DNA of 64,000 nucleotides from positions 19,708,964 through 19,772,963 of the forward strand of contig NC_057719.1 in NCBI RefSeq assembly GCF_004010195.1, read 5' to 3'. This DNA comes from Chiloscyllium plagiosum. Lineage: Eukaryota. The notes beneath the pieces are model-generated. The model made no database searches. It was given only the letters and a program-made list of their open reading frames with translations, and had not been told where the DNA came from. Both the position numbers and the translations under genes were made by a program. Positions 62,399-64,000 of this stretch are shown piece by piece (position 1 is the stretch's first letter; each line of letters begins with the position of its first letter).

Positions 62399-63105
62399 GG
62401 AGAAAGTGAGGACTGCAGATGCTGGAGATCAGAGTCGAAGAGTGTGGTGCTGGTCAGGCAACATCCGAGGAGCAGGAGAATCGACATTTCGGACATAAGC
62501 CCTTCAGCAGGAATGAGGCTTGTGGGCCAAGATGTCTGAGAGATAAATGGGAGGAGGGTGGGGGTGGAGCGAAGGTAGCTGGGAATGCGACAGGTAGATG
62601 AAGATGAGGGTAAAGGTGATAGGTCAAAGAGGAGGTTGGAGTGGATAGGTGGGAAGGAAGATGGACAGGTAGGACAGTTTAAGAGGGCGGTGCTGAGTTG
62701 GACGTTTGGATCTGGGGTAAGGTGGGGGGAGCGGAAATGAAACTGGTGAAATCCATGTTGATCCCATGTGGTTGGAGGGTCCCAAGACAGAAGATGAGGC
62801 ATTCTTTCTCCAGGCATCAGGTGGTTAGGGTTTAGCGGTTGAGGAGGTCCAAGACTTTCATGTCCTTGGGGAAGTGGGATGGGAAGTTAAAGTGTTCGGC
62901 CATGGGGCGGTGGGGTTGTTTCATGCATGTGTCCCAGAGATGTTCTCTGAAACGTTCCTCAAGTTGGCATCCTGCCTACCCAATGTAGTGCAGACCACAT
63001 CAGGAACAAGAGACTCAGTAGATGATGTGTGCAAAAGTGCAGGTAAATCTCTGTCCGATGTCGAAGGATCCTTTGGGGCCTTGGACGGAGGTAAGGGGGG
63101 CATCT
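62399..63105 (-). mobile_element. Penelope-like element 3' part (family A): GIY-YIG domain and terminus
   Basis: Minus translation FTCTFAHIIY*VSCS*CGLHYIG..LEERFREHL; family A terminus with degenerate hammerhead at ~62483-62511. Confidence 0.88.
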
Positions 63106-63129
63106 ATGGGAAATTAGACAACCCGAGTT

Positions 63130-64000
63130 AAAATAGGAGGTAAGAGTGCAGAACTCAGGAAAGATTATTAAAATCCCCAGCACAGACACAAATAGGACAG
63201 AGTGTATGGAAAGGGTTAGCAGTCAAACTTCAAGAGTGCTAGACCAATGAATGATGATGAAAAGACGGACGGTTAATACAGGACTGAAGGTATCATCTGA
63301 ATGCATGCCATATAAGGAACAAGGTAAATGAGCCTGTGGCCCAGATCAAAATTGCTAGGTATGACGTGGTGGGCGTCACGGAGACGTGGCTGCAAGGGGA
63401 TCAGGATTGGGAGCTGAATATTCAAGGGCATACATCCTATCAAAAAGGTAGGCAGGTGGGCAGAGGGGGGTGGGGTTACCTTATTAATAAGAAAAGAAAT
63501 TAAATCAATGGTAAGAAACAAAGTAGAGTCAAATGGTGTAGAATCTGTGTGAGTAGAATTGAGGAACCGCAAAGGTTAAAAAAAAGCCATTGTTGGAGTT
63601 ATGTACAGGCCTCCAAACAGTAGTCAGGATCTGGGGCACAAGATACACCAGGAGATAGAAAAGATGTGTAGGAAAGGCAAAGTTACAGTGAGGGAACAGG
63701 CAATTCTGGATTTAGTATTGTGCAGTGAGGCAGACTTGATAAGGGAGCTTCAGGGGAAGGAACTCTTTGGAGGCAGTGATCATAATATGATTGAATTTAC
63801 TCTGTAATCTGAGAGGGAGAAGATAGAATCAAAGGTAATAGTATTACTACTGAATAAAGGCAACTACAGAGGCATGAGGGAAGACCTGGGCAGAGTTGAC
63901 TGGGAAATGATCCTAGCAGGACAGACAGTGGAACAGCAATGAAAGGAGTATCTGGGAGTAATTCAGGAAACATAGCAGGGATTCATCCCAAGGGGAAAGA
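63130..64000 (+). mobile_element. CR1 LINE endonuclease region (runs off the window)
   Basis: VGVTETWLQGDQDWELNIQG, MYRPPNS, REQAILDLVL, GSDHNMIEF. Confidence 0.9.

Overview
Vertebrate genomic DNA, almost certainly an elasmobranch (shark). This rests on HE1-type tRNA/V-SINEs, their partner HER1/CR1 LINEs and abundant Penelope-like element (PLE) termini; a carpet/bamboo shark is plausible but is my inference. Most of the window is decayed interspersed repeat, and nearly all ORFs in the track are repeat-derived. The one well-supported host gene feature is a CpG-island promoter (~4.3-5.3 kb) driving a minus-strand gene. Its first coding exon (4479-4383) encodes a signal peptide and ends at a phase-1 GT donor; the gene cannot be named from this exon. 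The promoter carries an ER-stress element (CCAAT-N9-CCACA), a UPRE-like site, CCAAT boxes and NRF1 motifs. Other highlights: (1) a class I (gamma/epsilon-like) endogenous retrovirus remnant at ~22.85-27.06 kb with a tRNA-His primer-binding site, large pol deletions and what look like two separate capsid-N-terminal-like coding segments; (2) many PLE-derived mini-insertions with minimal hammerhead-ribozyme motifs, long target-site duplications (TSDs) and fold-back structure; (3) a ~150-bp microhomology-flanked inversion; (4) a degenerate 32-bp minisatellite. There is an assembly gap at 8113-8331. Repeat boundaries are approximate unless TSDs are given, and family names come from motif recognition, not database searches.
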